Part shown: positions 35,535-49,434 of the stretch, in pieces
How the letters are laid out: each line of letters starts with the position of its first letter
How positions within the stretch are numbered: position 1 is the stretch's first letter
Assembly (NCBI GenBank): GCA_030390025.1
Contig: CM059443.1
Coordinates: 26,350,001 to 26,414,000 of the forward strand
Direction of reading: 5' to 3'
Source of the DNA: Squalus acanthias
Taxonomy: Eukaryota
DNA: 64,000 nucleotides
Position numbers and translations under genes: made by a program
Notes under the pieces: generated by a model
Databases searched by the model: none
The model's input: the letters and a program-made list of their open reading frames with translations, nothing else
What the model was told of the DNA's origin: nothing

Positions 35535-37379
35535 CCTACAGCATTGCATATATCAAATTCTGAATGACTGTTGGGTTTCAACTCTTGAAGCAGAGATCAC
35601 AGCAACCAGAAGAGAAGCAGAATCAGCGAATGGCTGAACTGCTTCAGGGCTGTTCAGGTTCATTGAGGAGGAGGAGGTTGAATCCATTGCCATATATGGT
35701 TAAGGCAGTGTGTGTGCGTATGTGCCTGTGTGTATATATATATATATGTTTGGAGATGCATAAGACTATATTTTCTCACCCCCCATTGCCAGTGTATGAC
35801 TTGTTCTAGCATGTTTCTGTGAAAAGGTAATATGAGCAATCAGAGTAGGATTGTAGGAGCAAGTGTGTTGCCAGGCCAAATGCTGGAGTGATTGTGAGCC
35901 CTGTATTGCTATCTAGGCCTAATTTGATAGTTGCTTTCCATCAAAGGGATATAGTACATAAAATAAATATTTCTTACATTTTATTCAAAATATGTGGAGA
36001 AAAGATGGATAACACAAAACCAAAAGTAATCTAGACTGAATTATTAGAGTGCCAAGATCCGAGCAATAAGGCGTGTTTTTATTAGACTGTTCAGAAGACA
36101 TCTTTCTGAACAAAGATTAAATCTCCAGTATCCATTTCTACAACTTCGCCCCCTCCAATAAAATCAGTATTTTCAGAGTAGCTTTTGGATGCAGACCAGC
36201 GTCTTCCAGAGATTATTGTTTTATTTCCAAACTTTGAAAACAGGCCTTCATTTCACATCAGTCTCCAGCCGCAAAAGATGTAAGGAATGTGCTACAAGGT
36301 TGCTTTGAAATCTTGTCTCACCTCTGTGGAGATTGGCAGTGTGCACCTGTGATGGGCCTCGTCTTCTCAAATGACTGACAGACGTTGAAAGGTTGCTCTG
36401 GCAAAGCGGATTATATTTCTGATCTTTAGCCATCTGGTTTCCCTAACAATCAGGTGCCTGGGCTCAGGAGATGGAGATGAATTGCCATCAAACAGTGAAA
36501 TTCTTTAGATTCCCTGCCAGCTTGGTAGTTATTATTGAAGCTTAAACTACGGCCATACTGGAGTGCAGCTGTTGAACGCACTGTACACAGCGCAATTTAT
36601 AGAAGACTTATAGCTTAGTGTTGTGGGGGGAGCGGAGGGTTGCGGGCTCTTGGAGATGTAGACGGTCACAATGAAGAACCGAAAGAACTCTGTGTGCACA
36701 GAAAGCCATTTGGCATTATCTCTTGAGGCTGGTTGTTGGTTCTTTTCAATGCCCCTGTGTGCAGACTGTATTGAAGCAGGCACGGAACAGACCGTTCATC
36801 CTTCTCCAATTTGCATTCCCCAACATTGGCTTTTTGCAGTCAGTTCTCGACTGCACGTGACTAGGATTCCAAACACGCAAGTGAGAAATGTAAATACACA
36901 CAGCTGGTGTAAATAAACGGAGACACGACTATCAGTATAAAAGCGTAACGTGCGCATCATCTGAATCTCCGTGATGCAGCGTTGAGCTGCTGCAAGCTCA
37001 CTGCAGCCAGGCATTGGGTAATTTAAATAGACAAGAGTCGCAGATGTATAAAACAGCAATGTACGCCTATTAACTCCCTAGAGTACAGGCTGCATAGGCT
37101 AGGCAGCAGCACGCAGGTGATTTTGACGTTAAAGTATACAGAATTAATTACTGTCATGAATATTAGAGAGCGCTGAAGAACACAAAGCCTTTGTAGGACA
37201 CAAATCCGTGTAGCTGCTTCCCTCAAGCAGAAAATTAAATGAAGATAAAAGATCCCCAGCACTCTTTGTTACCAGTTGATGTTGGTAGAGATTTGCTCTC
37301 GTCAGCTTTGATCTTCTTAAAAAAAAATACATAACCTATACATAACCTATCTAATCCACAATTTTTTTTTATTTCCAAT

Positions 37380-37700
37380 CAAAGTCTGTTTTAGGCCCCG
37401 AGTTAATTGATCTCTGCCAGGTTGGCGATTGGGCTGTTCCAATTGACCTCAGCAGTCCTAGGGAAGGGAAAAACCAACATGGTTCATGTTCCTGATCACT
37501 GTCCAGTGACCCCGATCGGAAGGTTCCATTGTGGACATCAGTTGAGGACAGGATATAGCTCGGTTGTGATCCCCTCACCCTATGTTTGAGTGGCCTGTCA
37601 AGACATTTAAGGAATGGCGAGTCTCTGGTGCCGATGGGACTACACCCCAGAATCAAGTCGTCCCCTTCAGGAGAGGGAGCAGAGAAAGGGTCACATGTTT
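37380..37700 (+). mobile_element. tRNA-headed SINE-like family copy
   Basis: CCTGATCACTGTCCAGTGACCCC..GTGGACATCAGTTGAGGACAGGAT..CCTTCAGGAGAGG; further copies at ~34200-34420(-), 39080-39360(+), 42290-42520(+), 47690-48050(-), 55540-56110(-), 62880-63000(-) and 63500-63620(+). Confidence 0.6.
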
Positions 37701-38566
37701 CAAAGGAAGTGTTTTTTCCACGTAACAATCAAGAAAGCTAATTTTAAAAGTCCTCCAAGTTGAGATTTCTGTATACAGTATTATGTTCAATGGTGGCAAG
37801 CAGTGACATCTGCCAACAAAATGCAGCTAATTCTGCTGTCAGTAAGTGAGGACATCTCCGCTTTGAAATGTGTTTTCACCGTGTAGATGAAATGATTAAG
37901 AGTGCTGGGAATAAAGTACTGAATATTAAATAGATGTGTGCCGAATCTAGAGTTTTCCATGAACTCTGGTAGAAATTGAAAGTAGAAAGAGAGCACATAA
38001 ATATTTAAGGTTTAACATGTCATCTTTTGACTGTTACATAAACCAGATGCAAAATAATTCATTTGTTGCAACGAACCTTGAGCTCTGTAGATTGCTTCAC
38101 CAACTCAGTAAAAGTTTGCCACTTTAAAGTGGCCCTCAGACTCTTTACAGTGGGCTTCCTTTGTTAATCTGGCACTTATATTAGTGTTGTCCTGATGCTT
38201 TATACTGCTGCACCAGCGGGTATACCATAGTGTACCTGCCTTTTCTATTGTGAATTTGCACAAGTTTTTATTTTCCTATGGCATCTGCACAGAGAAGAGT
38301 TTGAGATCTGCTTTGATTGTGGGCAGACCGTTTCGTTCAGAAATACCAACTCTGCTAAATAATTCAGTTAAATATATAGTTCCACACGGAGCAATTAAGC
38401 TCATTCAAATTTGGGTCTTCTGATGCAAGTCATATGATAGAACTTGGCTGAAGGACTTCCATTCTAGGTTCAGCTGACAACATGCATTTATTTTCATCTC
38501 TGAAAGGGTTAACGTGTCTTAAGTAACATCAAAGTTTTAAACGTGCTTCATTCTTTCTCCTTTCAG

Positions 38567-38953
38567 GTCAATGACTTTCTGTCAGGACGGTCACCTTTGA
38601 CACTTGCCCTGCGGGTTGGAGATCATATGATGTTTGTTCAGCTCCAGTTGGCAGCCCAGCAGGCTGGCAGCCAGCTACAGCACAGGCATGTGATAGCCAG
38701 TCGGGAGAGCAGCGGAGGGGCAGCAGCGCCCAGCTTTACTAACACTCAAGGACTTCACAGGCAAACTGTCGGAGCCTCAAACTGTAACCACATATCGGCC
38801 TGCCAGCAAGCAATGGCGAGCCCCGCCCCTGCGGCAGCGACCACCTGCTTTAGCACCGCTCGCCCGCCTTCAGTCACCGCTGGATCATTCAGGTCACACG
38901 GGGCCAGTACGTCAACAGCCAGCCACAACATTGCTTCTTCGTCTTGCACTGAG
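38567..38953 (+). CDS. MIDN: Midnolin, coding exon 4 (end of Catch1 and low-complexity linker)
   Basis: TCTCCTTTCAG| acceptor; [31 protein letters not shown]...; 387 nt; donor GAG|GTATGA. Confidence 0.96.
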
Positions 38954-40496
38954 GTATGATAAAACTTACCTCGACCATTGGAGACTCTACGCTGCTCGTA
39001 GGACATGTCGCACTAAATAATATCGCGTGATCTTGCACAATATACAGCACAGGCAAATCTTAAACTTGGTTATTATTAATAGCTTATCTCCGCTGGGATG
39101 GCGTCATGGATGCTGAAATTAGCTTCAGCATCCCGAGGCCAGAGAGGGGGCTACATATCCATTCCCAGTCCTCATTGCTGTCTGGTAAATCCTGCTGGAT
39201 GTTGACATTGGTGATGACCGGATCAGACTCCACTATGATGTCCTTTGTGGTCAATAGGCTGCTGACACCCACACATGAAGAATGGTCAAATGGGTGATTT
39301 GACCTCTTTGGGACCGCATCCCAGCATCATTTAGTACTTTCAGGAGAGATTGGAAATGTGGAAGTTGGAGGACAGGGGGTGGAGGAATTGGATATTTTTC
39401 TTCTTAAAAAAAGGAACCTATCACTTCAACAGATAAAATCACAGTTCCTGGGGGAAAACCAGTAACATTGTTACTCCTGTCTTAAAAATATTCTTTCTTT
39501 CTCCCCTCTCCGAACTGTACAGCAGTGTTTGTTTCTTTTGTTGGCCCTTTTGAGATTCTGCAGCAAATAATTGGTTGATATTAATATGTGGGGTCTGTTC
39601 AGCTCTAAATGTTATGATCAATAATACACTTTGTGCACTTTAAGGGCCTGATTAAAAATATAAGCAACCAATCTACTAGGTTTCCCTTTGTTTCAAAATG
39701 CAAAAGGAATGGCAAAATGTTTTATTAATATCTCTTGCTGATAGCCAGGTTCTCGGCTGTGATATCTTTTGGGAATAGTCAGCTGCCTTTATGCTGCGCC
39801 TGCCAAAAGCATTAACTGAGTTGAAATTAAGATAATTTATTATAGAGCTGAGCTGTCCCTGATTAGCTCTAATGACCAACTCAGATGGGTCCAGGAGAGA
39901 ACTGAGTTGCCTTAACTGGTGATGTATAGTTTTGCATTAGCGCTGGCCTGCCCTGTTAATCGGCCCAATTAGCCATTGCATACTTGAGACAGTTCGAAAC
40001 TGTTGAGAGGGGAAGGCGCCAGATTAGGTACAGCAATACAATTGGCCATATTGTAGCCGGGGCAGGAAATGTTCCCCTCTGGAGGAAGAAGGGACACATA
40101 CCATCACTCAGCTTATCTGTAAGTCTTGTGTTCTTCCAGCTTCCTGTTTTTTTGCATTCCATTAGGAGCAGCATATCAGTAACACACAGTGCAACCCACA
40201 AAGAGTTCTATCTGTTGGCTTAAAAGGATGCAGGGGTAGGAGAACAAACAGATGTTGGTGCTTGTAAATAGAAAATTGGTTCATGCGGCTTTGCTCCTTA
40301 TTACTAAGACTGATCCATAAATAGCGGCTTTCAGTTTATCATTCACTTTCAGCGTATTGCTTTTGTAAATGTGGCAGAAAGTTCAGCAGACTTCCTATAA
40401 TTGTAATCCGTGGTTTGCAAAACAGTGAGGGAAGGGACAGAAATTGAAAGACAAACATTAGTTTGCGTTCTGAGCATGTATTTGTGGTTCTCTTAA

Positions 40497-40715
<219 letters not shown>

Positions 40716-40848
40716 TAAAGTTGTCAAACGGGAACAGGAATTTGAAAAGTAACTAGAAGTTTGGCGTGCTGTAAGGAACAGTTGTGGCGTTAACTTCCTT
40801 AAGTTAGTATTAGTCCTTTAACTTTTGTTTCATTTCCTTCTTCCTACA

Positions 40849-40918
40849 TCGGGCGCTTTGCAGGGTTTTTTTCGGGCGCTTTGCAGGTTTTTTTCGGGCG
40901 CTTTGCAGGTTTTTTTTT
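40849..40918 (+). repeat. Three-copy ~22-23-bp minisatellite in a MIDN intron
   Basis: TCGGGCGCTTTGCAGG(G)TTTTTT repeated three times. Confidence 0.9.
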
Positions 40919-41018
40919 CTCCTGTCATAAAAGGGTCTTTGTGTTGTTGTGTTTTTCCACATGGAGGATTGGGAGCAAACTCTCCAGAGCCTTCATGTCT
41001 GGTGCTTGTGGCAGTTAA

Positions 41019-41507
<489 letters not shown>

Positions 41508-43569
41508 TAAAAAGGCCACGTGATCCAAGTCTGGGATCCTAAGCAATAAATCTTCCTCTGCACTCCCATTAACTCAATTTGTTTGGTTGAAGCGAACCTA
41601 TGAAATACTTGCATTAAATTTTAATTTGAAAGGAAGAACTTTCATTTATAAAGTGCCTTTCATGACCTCATGTCTCAAAGCACCAATTTAGGAAACATGG
41701 CAACCAATTTGCGCACAGCTTTTTCTGAGCACAGTGAATATTCCTGTTTTTAATACCGAAATATTTTTTTTCTTCTTTCCAAGTTGCCCTCCACTCCTCA
41801 AAGCATTGACTTCTTGTCGAGCTACAGTTTTGACGGACGCTATTAGTACTTTGCCCGCGTGGCCGTTATTCAATGTGTGAGCCTTGTAACAGTGAGCGCT
41901 ATGCTATTACACTGTGGGAGGTATCACAGACAAGCCCCATTCTGTCAACGGCCGATGTGCAAACACATTTCCAGCAGGGGTAGAGGGATTGCAATCACGT
42001 GTGGGAACGCCGGGTGTCTTTTTCCCCCCTCCTTCCTAATCCAGAGGTGCTGAGGCCGAGTGTAGCATTCTCGCCACTGCCTGAGCCCAGTTTAGACTGG
42101 GAACGTGGGGCCTCCTGGTCCGTGCGGCTCAACTGCTCATTGGATAAACGCATTGGGGAGCGCAAAAGAATTTTTAAAAAATCAAATATAATTATAGTCA
42201 CGCTCTCGTTAACAATTTTTCTCCAGAAATGTAAATACAGTTTGCGCAATATGATGCATTGTGTGGCAAATATACATATCTTAGGAGTGGCTGTGAGTAG
42301 CTCCCCATAGACCATTGAACCATATAGAGTGAGATTTGAGTTTCAGTCTGTGTTCTGTGCTTAGTTAAGTAATCTCAGCATCCCTTGCCTATATATATTT
42401 CTGACTGCTATCCCACTGCCCCTGCTGGAAGTGTATGTGTGTGTGCGCAAGTGCAGATTGAGAAAAGTATCGGCCCTGCTGCTCAAATAGCTCCCAATAT
42501 CTACTCAAGACTTGCGTGCAAAGGACAAGTAGCTGCTGATGGTATTGGAGAAACAATCCCCCAGCATGAATCAGTGGCTTCAGGGAGGAGAGATAACAGG
42601 AGAAAAGATTGGGAGGGGAGGTTGGGGGTGACAAAATTGTTGATGAGCGAGGGAACATGTTGGGAACAGAATGCTGACAGCCACATTAAATGTTCTACTG
42701 ACTCGAACACTGCTTTATACACCTTCAGAGCAGGATGCTCATTTTAAATGTTCTGTGGCTTGACGGTTTTTATTCCAGTGTATTCATACCAACGGCTGCT
42801 CTGGCCAGAGAATGTGAGCCGGTAGTGGCAGCATGCGCTGTTCTTGTGATGCAGCAGCTGTTGCTAAAGTCCAACCAGATCGAACAACCGTCGCTTGGGA
42901 GCCGGAGGAATTAGCAAGAATGGGTACCGCGGGAATGCTGCAGCATTAAAAGCTGGCCATAAATCGGGCTTGTCTGTACCTGGGCTGCTTTTTTTTTCTC
43001 CCCTCCAAGCTTCAGCAGCTTCTGAAGGCTCCTAGGCTGCAGAGCTATAATTATCAGGTTTCTTGGAACATCTGTCACATGAAGTGAGAGGAAGGCCTCT
43101 TAATGTGTCTCGGTGACTTCATGCTGAAAGTATATCATTCAGTGTGATACCACGGGTAGTAAATACAGAAAAATTTATGAAAGAGAATTTGTTGGATTTT
43201 TTTTCTTCTTCCTTGTAAGAAAGCATGGAGTCTTTTGTAATTTTTTTTTTTTACTATTTAAAGACCCAAACAAGGCACACTCTATTCAGACAAATGTGGA
43301 AATAGCTGACATTGTAGTAGAAGAGGTCAGCAGCTTGGAACGGAATGAGGAAATTGCAGGAAAGGCCATTGACTGCAACACATACAGCCATGAATAATTT
43401 AAACCCTCTTGAAAGATTTTACAAAGACGCTTTTACAGTCGAAGTTGCAGCATAGTCACAACCACACAGTTTTTTTTTTCTATATTTATAGAAAGAATTC
43501 TGAGCCTGATTGTTTCTTGGTATCAAAGAGTATTCATTGGATATTCTCCACTGTGGCCTAAATCTAAAA

Positions 43570-44220
43570 TAAGGTCATGCTCTCGCCTCCGTCCCACTTT
43601 CTATTAATGCGAAGTCTTAAGCTTTGTATTTTGCCTGAATTGTTTGCATATGGTACAGCTGGTGGCGCTTCCATGATACCATTTCTTAATTTTGATTTCT
43701 CCCCCTGTAGTCCTTCTGCATCTATAAATGTTCTTGGCTTCTCCATCCCCTCTGATCTCAAATGGAAATCTCATATTTCCATCATTACTAAAGCTACCTC
43801 CAAAAAGCTGGGTCTTTTTTGTACCCAACGCTCTTTTTTTTTTTCCCTCTCCGCAATTCATCACTGTCTAGAAAGCTGAAGTTTGTCCAGGAATTGAATA
43901 CTGTTGGCGTATCTGGGGAGTGTCTTGCAGGACCTCTCTCGCACTCTTGGACTGGATACTAGTAAATAGCATGTCATCTGATATGGGGATCTACTCTCCA
44001 GCCTCCAACTTCTCTCTCTTTGCAACTTGACTGCTCTTGCTATATTTTAGCAAAACTGCTGTGATCTGTGCACCTTCTGAATTCCAACAGGCACTTCCTC
44101 TTCCCTACATTCCAACTATATTGAATTCAAGACTATTCCAGTGTCTTACTCTGACTCAGTCCTTATGACCTCAAAACTCTGGAACATTTTGCCTTCCTTA
44201 GTCTTCATTTCTACAATCTT
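43570..44220 (+). mobile_element. Old decayed LINE reverse transcriptase C-terminal fragment (CR1/L2 group)
   Basis: SINVLGFSIPSDLKWKSHISIITKATSKKLGLF, KAEVCPGIEYCWRIWG and TSKLWNILP motifs with frameshifts. Confidence 0.65.
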
Positions 44221-46399
44221 TGGGCTTTTAAAAGAAAGAAACACAAGCTTAGTGTGTCACCGAACAATACTTCCTGATCGAACTTCTCTTTTACTCTTTT
44301 CAACCTTTGTTGGTGTCCTGTACAATGAGCCGTGGCTTTTTTTTTAACCTATTTTCTTCATCAGGACAAAAGCCCTTTAGTGTTTGGTCGGGTTTTTTGA
44401 CGGTTGGGGAGATGCGAGGAAGGTTATTGAAATAGATTATAATGGTGCCAGAGTCCACACCCTTGCAGCACGTAAGCGAATCGGCTCCAATAACAGGAGA
44501 TCTTTTCTGACCTTTGTTGCTGCACTTGGTAGCAGAAGTTGCAACTACAAGAACAGTGGGGCCTTTCAACACCATGAAGAAACAAAAGAACCCAGCTCCC
44601 ACCTCATGAAAGGTCATTTGCAGCAACTGCCTGTGATAGTAGACCTCGAGGCTATGTTTGTATCTTGAACACAGCAGATGGCAGTGATTCACACTATGTA
44701 ATGATAAGGAACAGCGTGCCCATGCTGCAGGCCTCTGCAGTGTACACGCTACAGACCCAGGCTGACGTGGGAATTGAAGCTCTACTAACATTTAAGATAC
44801 TGAAACAAATATGCATTCTTAAGCTGTCTTCGGCTGTGCAGCTCAATACTATGCCAATGGTAGTCAGCTTCTTAACATGTTAGTCGTTTTCTCAATGGAA
44901 ATTTTACAAAGTTAGGGGTGGGCGGGGGGGGGGGAGAAGGCTGTACCAATATAGTACCCTTTAACAAATGCAACTGAATGCCTCAGAACTACGGGTACTG
45001 TTGTGAGCTGATAGTTGTTTTTGGAAAGCGCAAAGGCTGCTTTATCTTTGCTCACATTTGCAAAGCTGTAATAATAGAATAGGGAAGAGAAAGTCGCTCC
45101 TTTGCAATAAAAAATAAGTTCTTTGCCTCGATAATTTGCCTAAAATGCGCACAGCAGACAGGTAGTTACTTGTCTTTTGAAATGCAACCAATTTAGGCTC
45201 CGATTTGCATTTCTCACGCCAGCGTAGAATCTTCCTGTGTGCCCAACGAATTTGCGTCTAGATGGGAACCATAAACGAAGGGGAACAATGAAGCGTTTTC
45301 TTCACTTTTGTTTTTGGCAGATGTGGGGAGCCTGCAGGGAATAGCTTCTCGGCATTTGCATTCAATCCGCCCACACAGCAAGCAGTAGCAGTTGCGTTGA
45401 AGGATGATGGTTTGCACAGACAGGGTTGGGGAGGGGGGTGGGTGTGGGGGAAGTGGGGGGGAGGAGGAGGAGGGCAGTTGGGACAGGAAGACGTAGGAGA
45501 GCACAGCTACTGCGTAGTTTAGCTGTGCTATACCTTGTGGTTTCCAGCTCACGTTTTTGTTCCAAAGAATACCATTGTGTTTTCACGTTGAAACCGGTTA
45601 ACTTCAACCAGTTACAGCGTAACTGTCGGTCCACACAGAAAACCCTCGGTTATTTCGTGCTTGAGCACAATTGTACTTGGCAGAGGACAAAAGTGTGATT
45701 AAATACATAAACGCAGGTAACAACTTCCTTCCCTTTTCTCCTCCCACCGCCATTCATATATTCATGGGCACGCACATTAGGCCGCGTGCCCTAATTGCAC
45801 AGAGCTCAGACCTATTTATTTTACACATCCGACTGCAGAAAATGAACCGTTGTTGAGGATTAGTTTGACCGTAAGCTTGTTGCTGGGCAGCACTGAGGAA
45901 TATTTTAACCCTCCTTGGATTCCTGATGGGTAGGAGGACCTGTTTTTTTTGTCGTTGCCAGGTGTTGGCTCAATTGCGCATTATCAGACGCTGCCAGGTA
46001 TTTTTAAACCTGCGGCAGCGAAACAGGAAATCGCTTTTTTAGCAACAGCTGAATGTAAGCACTGGGGTTTAATTGATGCTTTCTGCTCTGAAGGGAGCAG
46101 CAGCAGCTGTAGTGGTTTGCAACTGTAAGGAAACTGCCATAATGTTTCATTAAGAATAAAAAAAGGTTCTCGTAGCCTCAGATGGAAGGTACAGCAGTGA
46201 GTTAGTGTCCGAAGCTTCACTATTTAGATGTTTGTCTGATGAACACTTTTTAAAAAAAAAAGCTGTCTCTAGTAATGGCTCAGAAAAAGCATCATCATCA
46301 CAATGGCTGAGATCCACCAATACAGTACAGACCGGACCAGCGACCCTGGTCTATGTCTAGTGACACAACACAAGATAACATTACCCACAGTAACCTGTA

Positions 46400-46715
46400 T
46401 TTTGGATGTTAAACCAAGATCCCACCTGTGCCTGCTCAGGTGGATGTAAGAGTTCTCGTGAAATGCAAAGAGCTTCTCTGGTGTCTTGGCCAACATTCCT
46501 CCCTTATCCAACACCACCAAAAAAATATAAAAATCTGATAATCTGGTCACTAAATAGCTGTTTAATTTGATCTTATATGCACAAATTGCTTGCTGCATTC
46601 CCCCCCCCCCCCATAACAATAGTGACTGCACGTCAAAGATAATCTACTGGCTGTAAAGTGCTTTGGGACGTCCTGAGGATGTGATCAGGTGCTATATAAA
46701 TGCAAGTTCTTTCTT
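46400..46715 (+). mobile_element. DeuSINE-like SINE with L2-type tail
   Basis: GGATGTTAAACCAAG..CTCAGGTGGATGTAA..GTGCTTTGGGACGTCCTGAGGATGTG..GCTATATAAATGCAAG; reverse match to 385-700. Confidence 0.7.
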
Positions 46716-49171
46716 TTTCTGACATTAGCCTGGTAACACTCGCTGTCAATAGGCTCATGCATGAAGAATGGCCATTTGGTGAGGGTAAATTGGGCCTTCT
46801 GTAAACCTGGGACAAGGAAGGAAAATAATAGATGATGAGGCAGTTGCCACAGTAACAGAAATAAGACAAAGCTTGCAACAGGAAATGGCTTCCTCTTGCC
46901 CAGTGAGATTCTAAAGTGCAGCCCTGAATAGGAGCAACAAAAGCTTGTTTACAGCATACAAAGGGAAATGAGTGTTTTCATAAGCTACTCGAATTTAATC
47001 TTTGGAATCCTTTTCTGCCGAACTGGCATTTAGGGTAAACTGTCGCAGTTAAAATTTGAATATCAGTTTTAAAATGAGTATCTTGCGAGCACTAAAAGGG
47101 ACTTGCAAGACAATCTGAAGACTGAACGGTAGGAGACGTTAGAATTTTGCCAATTTTTTTTTCCCTTCTCCAACGCGAGGGCTTAGCTACTTTTATATTC
47201 TTTTGCTGCTGGCTCACGGTGGCAGGTTTTGAGCAGCCGGTGGCAACTGCAAGCTAAGCTCACCAAATTATTATTATTTTTTTTTAAGGACAACGGTGAG
47301 GAAGACCTGTTGCTAGATCTGTCCGATTGGCGCTGGACTTCCTGTGCCTGTTCCGGCAGCAGCAAGCTCCCTGTCGTGACGTTAGCATGTAGATGTGCGT
47401 GCCGTTTCATGGACGCCATGAAGTAACATCATGCCACCAGTACTTCATGCATGCTGAATGGCCAAAAAGTCATAGCCAGTCTGTGCGTGCACGATATCAT
47501 AGAATAGTACAACACAGGAGGCCATTCGGCCCAGCGGGTCTGCGCCGTCTCTTTCGAAGAGCAAAATTCCATTTATCGGAATCCACTTTGCCTTTGGTTT
47601 ACATGAAGACTGGCTGCACTGTTTAAACATAAATGTGCGAGCGACGCAGATCGGTGTCTCTCCTGAGATCTGGCCTGTAATAGAAAAATAGCTCTTGACT
47701 CCTCGCTAGGATGTGGTTCTACGAGCGATGACCTTCTTTCAGTATATTGTCCAACTGGCTGTTACACATGTGCGAGTCTTGACAAAATGTCTCGGCAGGC
47801 TATTTAAGAACCATTGCTTAGCATCACAGCTGGGCTCGATTCTGGCCTCACTTGACAACCACAAATGCAGCCGTTGAGAAGCAGTCGCTGGAGCTTGTTC
47901 AAGAGCAGGAACACTGGTTGGTCTTCCTTTCTCTTACTCGGGCACTGCAGCCGATTGTCGCGCTCCTACAGCTGTCCCAGCTGAGATCAGCTCGCTCCAA
48001 ACCGATTGATTGGGAATTACACTTGGGTTGTTCCTGTGTTCCTGCCCTGTAAGGTTCAGCAACAAACTGAATAAACTAGCTGAGCCAGAGTTAGCATTTT
48101 AGATGGAAATAATTCCACAAAAACGGTCTGTATTGTTTGTAAAAGCTTTTCCAAGTGCAAAAATGCCATCAGCTTCTTAATCTATCCCTTGCCCTCAAAG
48201 GTAATTGAAAACTGGTGCAGTTGACGTCCTCATTGTTTCCACAGCGCACCATTTGCACACTTACAAAATTCTCACCAATTGGAAAAGGCCATTGGTGTGT
48301 TTCTGGATCCTTCCTCTTCACATCTCCACACAAACTAAAAGCATGTCAAGTAGAGTTGAGACGTTGGGGGTCCTAGTTGGTTCTTTGACAGAATACGTAA
48401 GCTAATGGAAATTCAAAGAAAGATCTATAGGAGCCATAGGGATAACCTTTACCTCTCTGTTCCCATGGTAATGAATGAATGCACTAGCACTGATGTTTAA
48501 TCAATACAATTCCCATGAGTTTCTAATGCAGGATTGATCTCCTCTAATGTACTAGCATTATTTAATTCCATTCAGTCGGGTGTAGCAGGAACTTTGAAAC
48601 GACTTGGTCTGCAGTGACTAATGAACCCTCAATTACGGGCTGGCTTTTTAACCCTTTCCAAGCTAGTTAGGCCCAAGATAGCCCATTGAGATTAAAGACC
48701 AATATTGGAAAAGCAACCCAATCAATAAGGAATTAATGGCAACAGTGAGCAGATACAAGAACTCAGAAAGGACTCTGGGCTATGAACTAATAACCAAAAT
48801 ATAAAAACCAATCTGATTTTTGTAATGGTCCAGAATATACAGTTGATGTGATAATGATTTAAAAATCAAGTACAGCAACTTTGTCCTCTAGAACTTCATT
48901 GTGGATAACAGGCATACCCCAGCCTGTGGAAGTGGCCAGGCTGGTCCACTTTACAGCAATTAAGATTGAAGCATGTTAAGTGGGGCAACGAAACCGCCCT
49001 CATTTCTTAGATCAACCCCATGAAACAAAACCAGTCTTAATCAATTTGAATATAATGGAACTCACTGGTATGATGAGACTTTCCCATTCATTTGTATACA
49101 GTAAGATGACCAATTTTTATCAACGTGTGAAAATTTGAATTTTCTAACTTTTTTTTCTTCTTTCATTGTAG

Positions 49172-49434
49172 GTGACCGACTGAGACAGACAGAAAACCGC
49201 GCTACCCGCTGCAAAGTGGAGCGCCTGCAGCTATTGATGCAGCAGAAGAGGATGCGCAGGAAGGCCCGGCGAGATGCCAGAGCACCGTACCAGTGGCTGC
49301 CCAACCGCAAGTCCAGCCGGACAAATAGCAACAGCAGTGTATCTAGTGACGGCAGCCTAGACTTGGACTTTGAGGACTCTGTATGGAAGCCTGAAGTCAA
49401 AGCTGATATGAAGTCTGAATTTGTTGTAGCATAG
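49172..49434 (+). CDS. MIDN: Midnolin, last coding exon (C-terminal helix with basic NLS-like motif)
   Basis: TTTCATTGTAG| acceptor; DRLRQTENRATRCKVERLQLLMQQKRMRRKARRDAR...WKPEVKADMKSEFVVA then TAG. Confidence 0.97.

Noticed and set aside
44480-44700. Possible RTE-type LINE C-terminal remnant (CSNC..SRLCL..HSR), and a similar hint at ~63030-63200
   Set aside because: Similarity is too weak to support by eye.
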